Source: Leptolyngbyaceae cyanobacterium
GTDB lineage: Bacteria > Cyanobacteriota > Cyanobacteriia > Phormidesmidales > Phormidesmidaceae
DNA length: 64,000 nucleotides
NCBI GenBank assembly: GCA_965263355.1
Contig: CBDHHL010000032.1
Coordinates: 3,392,001-3,456,000 of the forward strand
Direction of reading: 5' to 3'
A program made the position numbers and the translations under genes. Shown in pieces: positions 42,262-51,682 of the stretch. Numbering within the stretch: the first letter of the stretch is position 1; every line of letters begins with the position of its first letter. The notes under the pieces are model-generated. The model had not been told where the DNA came from. It was given only the letters and a program-made list of their open reading frames with translations, and did no database searches.

Positions 42262-42870
42262 CTATGAAGCCACTAGACTGTTCGCTGCTTGGTCAAAAAC
42301 TGATTTGGTAATCCCTAACAGACGGGGTAGATCACTAACCGTATAACTATCAATTTGTTTGGTCAAGGTGTTGTCAGCAAATTGAGCAAACTCCCACAGC
42401 TTTCCGTCTGTAACAATTCCATAGACGGGTTGGGTGGTCTCATTAATATGAGACGCTGCAATTAATTCGGCTAAGCATTGCCCCCAACCCTGTTCAAAAT
42501 CATTTCTCTTGGCCTCTACAACAACAATGATAGGGGTCTCCAACATCGTTTTACCTAAAGCTGAGCGTTTGGAAACCAGATAGTCTGGAGTGCCGCTGAG
42601 TTTGCTGTCATAGGTGATGAATTTTTGTACCCAAAGGGAGGTCTGTTGATAATGGTGTTTATAGATCTCTCGCAAAATTGGAAAAATGATGGCCTCGCAT
42701 CTAGCTGCTTCTGACGCAAAAATATCAATATTTTTCTGATTAAAATCGAACTCATCTAAAAAAAACTGAGACGGGCTGTAGTTAGCAGGCTTAATAAAAT
42801 TGAGTTCTTCGTACTTAGTTTGGTACTCAGCTTGTACCTGGGCAATGCTTTTGTAATCGCTAAACGCCAT
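42262..42870 (-). CDS. cyanobacterial PD-(D/E)xK-fold hypothetical protein
   Basis: GTPDY...VEAKR.DFEQGWGQC.AE...YGIVTDGKLWEF. Confidence 0.75.
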   Translation of the reverse strand: MAFSDYKSIAQVQAEYQTKYEELNFIKPANYSPSQFFLDEFDFNQKNIDIFASEAARCEAIIFPILREIYKHHYQQTSLWVQKFITYDSKLSGTPDYLVSKRSALGKTMLETPIIVVVEAKRNDFEQGWGQCLAELIAASHINETTQPVYGIVTDGKLWEFAQFADNTLTKQIDSYTVSDLPRLLGITKSVFDQAANSLVAS

Positions 42871-42978
42871 AGCTAGATAGAGGCAAGCAAGGGTTACAAC
42901 GTTGCTGCATACCTCTATTCTAGCTAACTGACTAAGCTGTCACTATTGGCTTGGTTATTGATTAAGCAGTTTGCAATG

Positions 42979-43419
42979 CTACTCAGCTGCAGGCTCGCCA
43001 TGGTTCATATCGCCATGGTCCATGCCGCTGTGGTCCATGCCGCTGTGGTCCATCATCAGCTCCATACTCGACGGACCAGCTGCCTTAATACCCATAGATA
43101 CTAGGCCAGAAGTTAATAACCCCATGGATACTAGACCTGTCGAGAGGACACCCATCGAAATGACACCGATGGAAATGATGCCGTGGGCAATGACGCCAAT
43201 GGAAATGACCCCATGGGCAGAAATACCAACTGCAACAAAACCGTGAGCGCCAATCCCCATAGAGAAAAACTTTTTCTGCTTAGGAGAACTCAAGGGTTGC
43301 GTTGTAGAGGTGCTATCTATCACAGGTCGATGCTTTAAAGAACCTAGTGATACTAATTCCCTGGGTGTGGCGATGTCAAAAGACAGGCTGTCATAGAAGC
43401 TAGAAGGGTTATCTATCAA
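42979..43419 (-). CDS. small Gly-pentapeptide-repeat protein with Met/His-rich tail
   Basis: About 12 Gxxxx repeats followed by MDHSGMDHSGMDHGDMNHG. The start may be ATG 43260. Confidence 0.7.
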   Translation of the reverse strand: MIDNPSSFYDSLSFDIATPRELVSLGSLKHRPVIDSTSTTQPLSSPKQKKFFSMGIGAHGFVAVGISAHGVISIGVIAHGIISIGVISMGVLSTGLVSMGLLTSGLVSMGIKAAGPSSMELMMDHSGMDHSGMDHGDMNHGEPAAE

Positions 43420-44267
43420 CCTTTTACACCACTGCTGACTTCGCTAGGAACGATGTAGCGTTGCATGATGACAAAAAAGAGCAAAATAGGAGCCGTAGCG
43501 ATCACAGAGCCCGCTGCAATCAAACGCCAGTCAAGGGAGAAACTACCTGCTAAACGTGCGACCCCCAAGGGCAAGGTGTAGTATTCAGGTCGATTGAGTA
43601 CTAAGAGGGGCCAGAGAAAATCACCCCAGGAGCCGATAAAGACAAAAATGGCCAGGGTAACCAGAGCTGGACGTACCGATGGGATCATAATGTGCCACCA
43701 GATACCTAGCTCTGAGCAGCCATCAATACGAGAGGCCTCTTCTAATTCTTTGGGGACATTTTGAAATGCCTGACGCATCAGAAAAATACCAAATGCAGAG
43801 GCGATGGCAGGAAAAATAACGCCCAGATAGCTATTGGTCAGACCAAGCTGTACGGTGAGAATATACAGCGGAATCATCACAATTTGAAATGGGATCAGGA
43901 TGGTGGCGACTATTAACGAGAAGATTAGCTCACGTCCGCGAAAATTTAGTCTTGCTAGAGGATAGGCCGCCAGAGAACAGAATAGTAAATTTAGAGCTAC
44001 GGTAACAGCGGCAATCAGGGTACTGTTAACGAAATAGCGACCAAAGGGTTCGGCCTGCCACACGTTGACAAAGTTGCTAACAGTAGGTTCTTGGGGAATA
44101 AAGCGAGGGGGAAACTCAAAAATATTTTCGGTGCCGGATTTAAAGGCGGTGCTGAGCAGCCATAGAAGGGGAAGGAGCATTGCGATCGCAATTCCCCCCA
44201 AAAGCGCATAAATTAGGACCAACTCCCACCAACGCTTCTGCTTCAACATAACCTCCCCCCTAGCCAA
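43416..44267 (-). CDS. carbohydrate ABC transporter permease
   Basis: EAA-loop-like ELEEASRIDG and W.DFLWPL. Confidence 0.93.
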   Translation of the reverse strand: MARGEVMLKQKRWWELVLIYALLGGIAIAMLLPLLWLLSTAFKSGTENIFEFPPRFIPQEPTVSNFVNVWQAEPFGRYFVNSTLIAAVTVALNLLFCSLAAYPLARLNFRGRELIFSLIVATILIPFQIVMIPLYILTVQLGLTNSYLGVIFPAIASAFGIFLMRQAFQNVPKELEEASRIDGCSELGIWWHIMIPSVRPALVTLAIFVFIGSWGDFLWPLLVLNRPEYYTLPLGVARLAGSFSLDWRLIAAGSVIATAPILLFFVIMQRYIVPSEVSSGVKG

Positions 44268-45117
44268 ACGTACGTCTCTGCATCAGCCAAAAACCAGCAA
44301 AGGACTCCGAATCAGGATTATCCTGAACGGCCACAAAATGTACCTGATTCGCCTGCTCCTTGGCAGCCATAAACTCTTCAGCAACTTGTTTAAGCTCCGG
44401 TCGATTAAGACCTGCCATGATCCAAGTATCATTGCTGCCGGTTTCTAACAATAGCTGAGAGAGGGCGCCAAACTGCACATCCAAATAAGCCAATTCCAGT
44501 CCCGACATCCAACCTGCCAAGGGCAGTGCTCGCTCCGAAAAAATCAAGATACCGGGTACCAGCGTCTCAGGGCCAATGCCCGTTAACTCCAAAGGAAATG
44601 ATTCGCCAAATCCAATATCCCAATCCGGCATATCAGCAAAGTCCTTGGCCGGTAAACTGACCATCGCCCAACGATCCCCCATCAGGGCATCAGGCAGTGG
44701 CCGGGCAGCTTCTACCGGTTGCGATGTAGACGGTGCTTTACCTGCTTGATACCCTGGCTGCTGCGGATAAAAGTTTTCGCGACGGTCTTCTATCCAACTT
44801 TGTAAGGTAAGGGTGCGACGACTCAACCGTACCGATATGCCTAACTCATCGCAGGCCCGCTTAATCATGTTCTGCATTTGATAGCGAAAAAACCGCAGTC
44901 GGATAGGGGCTTCTCCCGCTTGCGCAATGGCCTCTTCTAATGCTTGCTTTAACTCAATAGAATTGACTTGTTTATTCGACAGAAACTTGTTATAGCGCAG
45001 ACTAGAGCCGTCATTAACTGACTGTGCTCCGTCACAAACAAGGACTTCCCACAGCTTTTTCTGATTGTCATCTAAGATTGGGCGCGAGTAAAAATCAAGT
45101 TCCCATACCCTACCCAT
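44260..45117 (-). CDS. Tab2/Atab2-family RNA-binding protein
   Basis: WELDFYSRP...KKLWE and FAGFWL. Confidence 0.88.
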   Translation of the reverse strand: MGRVWELDFYSRPILDDNQKKLWEVLVCDGAQSVNDGSSLRYNKFLSNKQVNSIELKQALEEAIAQAGEAPIRLRFFRYQMQNMIKRACDELGISVRLSRRTLTLQSWIEDRRENFYPQQPGYQAGKAPSTSQPVEAARPLPDALMGDRWAMVSLPAKDFADMPDWDIGFGESFPLELTGIGPETLVPGILIFSERALPLAGWMSGLELAYLDVQFGALSQLLLETGSNDTWIMAGLNRPELKQVAEEFMAAKEQANQVHFVAVQDNPDSESFAGFWLMQRRTFG

Positions 45118-45995
45118 TAGACATCTTGCTCCGCCAATAGTTTACCGGGGTCTGCAGCTCGCTCAGACGCTTCAGCCATAAGCTTATCAGCTTCTTTGAG
45201 AATCTCACCAGGATATTTCTCTAAGACTTTAGTAGACAGACTGATCCGCCCTTTTTCTTCATCCAGATTGAGCACCACCGCCTTAACTGGCTGTCCCACT
45301 GTAAACACATCCCCGATAGAGGGCACAAAACTTTTGCTGATTTGCTTAACGTGCAGTAGCCCCCGCACACCGTCAAAATCAACAAATACTCCAAAGGGCT
45401 TAATAGAGCCTACCTTACCGTCAATCAACTGACCTGGATTGAGCTGTCCTAGGGCAGCGGTGCGAGCTGCATTACGGTTGGATAGGACAAGTTTATTGCT
45501 CTCTTCACTCACCTCTAGAAACGCAACAGAGATCGTTTGACCCACTAGTGTTGACAGATCTTCAGGAGGATTCACCAAGTGAGAACGAGGTACGAAGCCA
45601 CGTAAGCCTTCCACATCGGCAATGACGCCACCTTTGTTGGTGCCAGTAACCGTGACATCGAGAATATCCTTATTGGCTTCGCGTTGTTCTAGCTGGGCCC
45701 AAACCTCTTTAATCTCTAGCTTACGGATAGATAAAATCACTTGACCGTTAGCATCCTGGTCACGCACAATCAGAAACTGCCGTTCGCTACCGACGGGAAC
45801 CGCTTCTTCAAGGGTGACGCTAGAGTCTACAGATGCTTCATGGGCTGGAAGAAAGGCCGCTGCTTTACCGCCAATATCTATATAAGCTCCATCATCAATA
45901 TGGCTATCCACCTTGCCCGTCACGACTGCTCCCTTTTGAAAGTTGAAGTCTTGTTGGTCAAGGGCTTTGAGAAAATCGTCAGCAGAAAAAGTCAA
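45117..45995 (-). CDS. S1 RNA-binding domain protein (ribosomal protein S1 homolog)
   Basis: Three S1 domains (YIDIGGK, GLRGFVPRSH, GLLHVKQIS). Confidence 0.9.
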   Translation of the reverse strand: MTFSADDFLKALDQQDFNFQKGAVVTGKVDSHIDDGAYIDIGGKAAAFLPAHEASVDSSVTLEEAVPVGSERQFLIVRDQDANGQVILSIRKLEIKEVWAQLEQREANKDILDVTVTGTNKGGVIADVEGLRGFVPRSHLVNPPEDLSTLVGQTISVAFLEVSEESNKLVLSNRNAARTAALGQLNPGQLIDGKVGSIKPFGVFVDFDGVRGLLHVKQISKSFVPSIGDVFTVGQPVKAVVLNLDEEKGRISLSTKVLEKYPGEILKEADKLMAEASERAADPGKLLAEQDV

Positions 45996-46095
45996 CGGTC
46001 TATGGCCTGTTAGGACAGGCTCCCATAAAAAAATTCAGTTTTCCAAGTGTAAATCAATTTTCGCTTAGCGAAATCTTAAATTTTGGCAATATACC

Positions 46096-46153
46096 GGCCA
46101 TAGGCCGCAGGCCGCAGGCCGCAGGTTGGGTAGAGCCCCGAAACCCAACCTGC
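46096..46153. repeat. 7-bp tandem repeat followed by a REP-like hairpin
   Basis: GGCCATA-(GGCCGCA)3, then GCAGGTTGGGT-N11-ACCCAACCTGC. Confidence 0.75.
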
Positions 46154-46194
46154 CCATAAGGCACCCATAGACCGTCATAGCCAGTGGGTACACA

Positions 46195-46953
46195 TCAACC
46201 AATCTTCTCCGCAAATAAAGCCTTTACCTTTTCCCAAGCATCAGCCGCAGCATCAGAATTGTAGCTACCCCGTCGGTCACAGAAAAAACCATGACCAGCC
46301 CCTTCATATTCAAAAATTTTATGGTCGATATTGGCCGCTTCTAAGGCTGTTCGTATTTGTCCAACGACTGCTGCAGGAATAGACGCATCTTCAGTACCAA
46401 AGAAGCAGTGGAGGGTACCCGTAATTTGTGGGGTGCGGGCTAGCGCGACTGGGTCAGGGCCAAATACTTGGTCGGGGATGCCTGCTCCATAAAAGGATGC
46501 GATCGCACTCGTATCCTTTAGCGTTGCTGCCAAATAAGCCACATGGCCACCAAAGCAAAAGCCAATGCAGCCAACACCGCCATCCTTTACCTGGGGTAAG
46601 GTTTTGGCATAGTCAATGGTGGCCTGGATATCACTTAGCAGTTCATCAGCCTTGGTTTGCACCTTATACTGACGACCCACCTGAATGTCCTCAGGGGTGT
46701 AGCCAGTTTCAAACCCAGGGGCCTGACGATGATAGAGGGCTGGGGCGAGGGCCACATACCCTTCGTGGGCAATGCGTTCAGTAATGTCTCGAATGTGGCT
46801 ATTGATGCCAAAAATTTCCTGCAATACAACCACGGCACCAAAGAGACCATCGCCGTTGGGCATAGCGACATATACCGGCAGTGTAATGTCACTGCTTTTG
46901 ACCTCAATGGTTTTAGTTTCAATCGTTGGAGTGGCCATAGTTCCAGGGTGCAA
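46195..46953 (-). CDS. dienelactone hydrolase family protein
   Basis: QEIFG, GFCFGG and GAGHGF. Start likely ATG 46938. Confidence 0.92.
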   Translation of the reverse strand: MHPGTMATPTIETKTIEVKSSDITLPVYVAMPNGDGLFGAVVVLQEIFGINSHIRDITERIAHEGYVALAPALYHRQAPGFETGYTPEDIQVGRQYKVQTKADELLSDIQATIDYAKTLPQVKDGGVGCIGFCFGGHVAYLAATLKDTSAIASFYGAGIPDQVFGPDPVALARTPQITGTLHCFFGTEDASIPAAVVGQIRTALEAANIDHKIFEYEGAGHGFFCDRRGSYNSDAAADAWEKVKALFAEKIG

Positions 46954-47201
46954 TTTACCGCTTTTATTTTGCCGTTCCCAGGTATTTTTGTCGCCTTAGC
47001 TCAGACCAAACTTTGTATGGTTAACGACTTTATTTTCTAAAGTTTTGTATCCTATGCCAGTCAAATGAGAATTGTCACATGTCAAAACCCGGTTTCACGA
47101 GTAACCTCTATGTAATGTTGGGTAGCCTGGTTGTGGTTTGCGCTATTTCTAGGTGCCAACCCCCTTAAAGTCCCTTGTTAGACGGTTACTGAACGCGATC
47201 C

Positions 47202-48188
47202 ATGGTGCAATTTCATATTCAGACCGATAGCGAAATTCCGGCGTCTACTCAGCTTTACGATCAGATTTGGTTTGCGATCGCATCCCGCCAGTATCCACCT
47301 GGATACCGTTTGCCCAGTACCCGGCAGCTAGCCATGCAGACGGGGTTGCACCGTAATACCATCAGTAAGGTTTACCGCCAGCTAGAAGAAGCGGGGGTGG
47401 TTGAGGCCCAACCTGGATCTGGTATCTATGTGCGTACCCAGGGCAGTGTAGAGATTGACAAGCCTCGGTCACCACTACTGGCCCAGTTTCCTAAGGCTCA
47501 GGAACTGGTAGAAAGTAGTTTAGATGAGTTGCTGCGTCAGGGCTGTTCACTACATCAGGCCCGTGAACTATTTCTCGGTGAAATCGACTGGCGTTTGCGC
47601 TGCAGTGCCCGTGTGTTAGTGACTACACCTCGTCAGGATATCGGTGCAGGTGAGCTGATGGTGCGTGAACTAGAACAGGCTCTACGGATTCCTGTACAGC
47701 TGGTTCCCTTAGAAGAACTGGAAGATGTACTGTCCCAGACGCGCTCTGGTACGGTTGTGACGAGTCGTTATTTTATCAATGAGGCAGAAGCGATTGCTGC
47801 ACCGAAGTCTGTTCGTGTTATCCCCATTGATATCTATGACTATGCTGAAGAGTTGGGCCAACTAAAAGACCTACCTAAAGATACTTGTCTTGGCCTGGTG
47901 AGTCTCAGTTCTGGCATTCTTCGAGCCGCCGAAGTGTTGTCCTACAGCCTGCGGGGCGATGAAATTTTAGTCATGACTGCCCAAGCCGAAGATGACCAAA
48001 AACTCTCGGCGGTTGTGCGTAGTGCGCAAACTATAGCTGCTTTAGATAAGGCTAGTTTCCCAGCGATTAAAGAAGCTTTGCAAGCGGCCCGAGAGGACAT
48101 TATCCGCCCACCAAAAGTCTTCTGCTGTGAGAATTATATTGGAGAAAAATCCATTGAGGTGCTGAAGCGAGAGTTGGGCCTCGATTAA
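47202..48188 (+). CDS. plmA: GntR-family regulator PlmA
   Basis: MVQFHIQ.DSEIPAS.QL, LPSTRQLAMQTGLHRNT and IDWRLRCSAR. Confidence 0.9.
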   Translation: MVQFHIQTDSEIPASTQLYDQIWFAIASRQYPPGYRLPSTRQLAMQTGLHRNTISKVYRQLEEAGVVEAQPGSGIYVRTQGSVEIDKPRSPLLAQFPKAQELVESSLDELLRQGCSLHQARELFLGEIDWRLRCSARVLVTTPRQDIGAGELMVRELEQALRIPVQLVPLEELEDVLSQTRSGTVVTSRYFINEAEAIAAPKSVRVIPIDIYDYAEELGQLKDLPKDTCLGLVSLSSGILRAAEVLSYSLRGDEILVMTAQAEDDQKLSAVVRSAQTIAALDKASFPAIKEALQAAREDIIRPPKVFCCENYIGEKSIEVLKRELGLD

Positions 48189-48304
48189 TTCCAGGTCAAT
48201 CGCATTGAAGAGTTTTAAAATAACTCTGTTGTCAAATTACATCAACTGCAAACCCTGTCATTTTTATGTCAGGGAAATGATGTTTTACATCTCAAGACGC
48301 TATG

Positions 48305-49489
48305 CTAGGACTGCCAAGTATAGTTAACGCTATACTGTGAGTCAATATTTCGCAGCTGTTCCTTTAATGAAGAGATCTGATTAGATTTGGGTGTGGCGTT
48401 TAAAAATAGTTCTTTAATAGTATTTGCATGGGCTTCGAAGAGGTCTTTTTCGGAGCCATCTAAATGTTGTTCAATATTATCTATAAGGGTTTCGAGTGCA
48501 AAAATCACGAGTTCCCATCTAACATTTGTTAATGAAAAAGCCTGTAGACAAACTGGCAACAGTTTAGTTTTAATGACTGATACGCTGTCTTCTAAGATGC
48601 ATAGCCAGATATAGCATTGAAACATGTTGAGGTCACGTATACTAGAACGCTGGACAGCTTTAGATTGAATACGACCTTGAGAGCTAATATGGTGAGGAAA
48701 GGTTTGTAATACCTTTCGATAGGTGATTGCTGAGATTGAATCTACTTTGGGCATCATCCGTTTGGCTAGGGAAATTGCCCCAGGGTTGTGACTAATGTTT
48801 GAGGCAATTGAACAAATATTCTGCCAAGGCATACAGATAAGTTCGTCTAAAACTTGTAAATAGGGTGCGACCCAGATAATCTCATTCAGATCAAGATGAC
48901 TAAGAATAAGCCGTTGAATAAACTGCATATGGGTGATCATAAACCCAAGCAGATGTCGGTTTATAGATGAAAAGTATACGGCTTTTAGCTCACGCAGCAA
49001 GGGGCCTATGGTCAGCATTAAGGTTTCAAACTTGGGTATGATTAACTCTGCTGCCTGCAGTTGCCCATGTTCTGACTCAATAATATGTAAATAATCTAAA
49101 ATGGGTGAGAAAATGAAAGATTTCTCATAATACTCTATGAGTGTTTCATAGATCTCATAGAGATGAACAATAAGATTCTGTAATTCCCAGCTATCAGTCA
49201 GGATACCTGCTTTTGATAAAAGCCGTTGTGTATCAGCAGACGCAAGACCACAATCAGAGGCTAAATGATGCCGAATTTTATTAGCCGTAATCTGGCGTGA
49301 TTCATCTGAAATTGTTCCCCTCAAACGCTGCTCTATATGAGGTCTAACCTGGCTAGAGATTGCTCCTAGATCTGGGAGATAGCGAACAACCCATATTTTT
49401 AGAAATTCAGTGTCGGAGTTGGTTTCTTTTGGCTGAACTTTCTTAACCTCGTGCATTCTGCAGAAAAGGGGTGGTATGTTGATCAACAA
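48305..49489 (-). CDS. hypothetical helical protein with a possible globin/phycobiliprotein-like C-terminal domain
   Basis: 394-aa ORF. The SSIRDLNMFQCYIWLCILE...LLPVC...WELV segment recalls the RD motif of phycobiliprotein-like folds. Confidence 0.6.
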   Translation of the reverse strand: MLINIPPLFCRMHEVKKVQPKETNSDTEFLKIWVVRYLPDLGAISSQVRPHIEQRLRGTISDESRQITANKIRHHLASDCGLASADTQRLLSKAGILTDSWELQNLIVHLYEIYETLIEYYEKSFIFSPILDYLHIIESEHGQLQAAELIIPKFETLMLTIGPLLRELKAVYFSSINRHLLGFMITHMQFIQRLILSHLDLNEIIWVAPYLQVLDELICMPWQNICSIASNISHNPGAISLAKRMMPKVDSISAITYRKVLQTFPHHISSQGRIQSKAVQRSSIRDLNMFQCYIWLCILEDSVSVIKTKLLPVCLQAFSLTNVRWELVIFALETLIDNIEQHLDGSEKDLFEAHANTIKELFLNATPKSNQISSLKEQLRNIDSQYSVNYTWQS

Positions 49490-49582
49490 TCAACGCTGCG
49501 ATACTGTTCCCTCTCAGAATGATTGGCGAGAACATCGCAGCGTCGGTCTAATACGTTTGGACTTGATCAGCAAAAATTAAGA

Positions 49583-49972
49583 CTACATTCGTAGATTTTG
49601 CTCAATCTGGCGTAGTTTGATCCGCGCTAGCCCTAAGTTAGCTTTCTCGCGATCCATCACCAAATAGAAGAAAACCCCTTCAGCTGTATGACATATACGG
49701 ATTAAGTGATACTGATCTTGTAGGGTAATGAGAATGTCTTCAATAGGTGACGTAATCTGTAGACCATCACGCGCTCTATTTTTGGCTTTAATCACCTCGG
49801 CATTAAGGGCGATTGCTTGTTCTAACTTTAAAGTAGAAAAAGCACTGTCATTTAGGCTTGCTTGTCCTAAAGAAAAACCCGTGCTCCAATCTCCAATGGC
49901 AGCACCAATAGTGCCATCAATAGATAAGGCCTTTTGAATAGATTCTTTAATATTGTCCATCGTAAGGTGCAA
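49583..49972 (-). CDS. Roadblock/LC7 (MglB-like) domain protein
   Basis: IDGTIGAAIGDWSTG...IEDILITL.DQYHLIR...FFYLVMDRE.ANLGLAR. Start probably ATG 49960. Confidence 0.75.
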   Translation of the reverse strand: MHLTMDNIKESIQKALSIDGTIGAAIGDWSTGFSLGQASLNDSAFSTLKLEQAIALNAEVIKAKNRARDGLQITSPIEDILITLQDQYHLIRICHTAEGVFFYLVMDREKANLGLARIKLRQIEQNLRM

Positions 49973-50791
49973 TAACCTCAGTACAAAAAATATACAACAT
50001 TAATGCAATGTGCCAAATTTGACACGAGACTATAGAAACCAGATTTATAAATCATGCTGTTGCCAGATCCAATCTAGATTCTATGACATAAACAGATGCA
50101 CCGTATACCAATATTCGCTGAGTAGATATATTTTATTGCTTTTTAGAGGTTTAAGTAATGCAACATATCTAAAAAGCTATTTGTATGCTCTTAGTCTGTC
50201 AAGCCACTAGGTTGTTAACAATAATACAATTGGCATCTTGTTGATGTCTTTACATACAGATTAAAAGTGATGAAAACTAGGCGAAGTATTCTGATGCTCA
50301 GTTTCTATCATTAGTGCGAAAGTCTTCGATATACAAGGCTGTTAGCACTTTTGAAAAGAACGTTAATTCATTTTCTGCTCCGTGCTGTTTGGGGGAAATA
50401 ACGATGCCAGACTGCGCCATCAAGTGTGAGTAGGTGTTGCAATCTCCATTACCGACTATGTGTTAGTACGTAATCATGCTAGTTTTGTGATGCTTTTAAG
50501 GCTGTAATTTAAGATCGCAACAACATTACCAACCCTTGCCCTTCCAGGACATTGGAGGTATGACCAGTTTTGCTCCAATTAGCTCCGACACTTTGAGTGC
50601 AGGGCAGTATACGCAATTTACTAATCCAAGTGTGTATCCTCTCCAATGGGGCTAACCGAGTTAGATAAATTTTTGCGGGTGTTCTCAAGTCAGTCCTGCA
50701 AAGGACGACCTACCAAGGAATAACTATACGCAAGGGGGTAAGGCCTAAAATTGCCCCCTTGCATACCAAAATCGTCGCTTACTGCGCTGGC

Positions 50792-51682
50792 ATGTATACA
50801 CCAGAGGAGATTCAGCACCAGTTTGATGCCGCTACTCTCAAGTATTTGCAAAATAAAAATAGAGGCGGTAGTAGTGGGCAAAAAGGAACTCGTTATGAAG
50901 ATTATTTTGCTGTGTATAAGCTTACACAGTTGGCTCGGGGAATTATAGAGTTCGGGTCAAGGGTTCATTTTTCCAGCCAGCTGCTGGCCTTTGTCGATGA
51001 CCTGGTTATCGATATCAATGGTGAGCGGCGACAGCACTATCAGCTCAAAAATAGTTCCAATGTCGCCTGGGCTAGTGGTAAACACCCGATCCAGGCAGAC
51101 TTTGCCAATCAACAGCGTCTGAATCAAAACTACCCCCATCGGAGTCATCTCTTCTTAGTAGTCGCTGATAAAGCCTGTGCGACTCGTCTAGTAGCCAATA
51201 TTCCAGCCGATATTCAGCCGTTTAGCCGTGTAGTCTATTTTCCTTATGCCCCTGACATCATGGCTTTGCTTGAGCAGGTGCCAGGGTTTAAAGACGCATT
51301 GACCTACCTCTCTGCGTTTGAAAATCCTGAACCCGACAAGCTCGACTATGTTGCCAAAGCCTTGATCGGAGCCTGGGTTACCAGCAACTTTATAAATGTT
51401 TCTGGTAAAGACCTATTGTTAATTGCTCAACGTCAGACACCCCAGTACATTCGAAGTTTTACAACGAACTTAGAATTAGAGCCCCAATTTGAAAAAATTC
51501 TAAGGAATATTGAAGACTTAGAATATAATCTAGCCAAGGGCTTCTTGCACTGGGACTATGCAGATGGGCTACAATATGGTACTCAGCCTTACAGCATTGA
51601 GACCGACGCCTTTCGTCGACTTCAGGAACGCATTATTCATCACAATCCTAGAACTTTTGAGGAGCTGGAGCCTCTGCTATGA
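50792..51682 (+). CDS. putative PD-(D/E)xK nuclease (Cap4/DUF4297-like N-terminal domain)
   Basis: GG...G.RYE...FVDDL...YQLK motif order. Start placed at ATG 50792. Confidence 0.65.
   Translation: MYTPEEIQHQFDAATLKYLQNKNRGGSSGQKGTRYEDYFAVYKLTQLARGIIEFGSRVHFSSQLLAFVDDLVIDINGERRQHYQLKNSSNVAWASGKHPIQADFANQQRLNQNYPHRSHLFLVVADKACATRLVANIPADIQPFSRVVYFPYAPDIMALLEQVPGFKDALTYLSAFENPEPDKLDYVAKALIGAWVTSNFINVSGKDLLLIAQRQTPQYIRSFTTNLELEPQFEKILRNIEDLEYNLAKGFLHWDYADGLQYGTQPYSIETDAFRRLQERIIHHNPRTFEELEPLL

Noticed and set aside
42971..43246. Plus-strand Pro/Met repeat ORF
   Set aside because: It is the antisense shadow of the Gly-repeat gene, like most short overlapping ORFs in the track.
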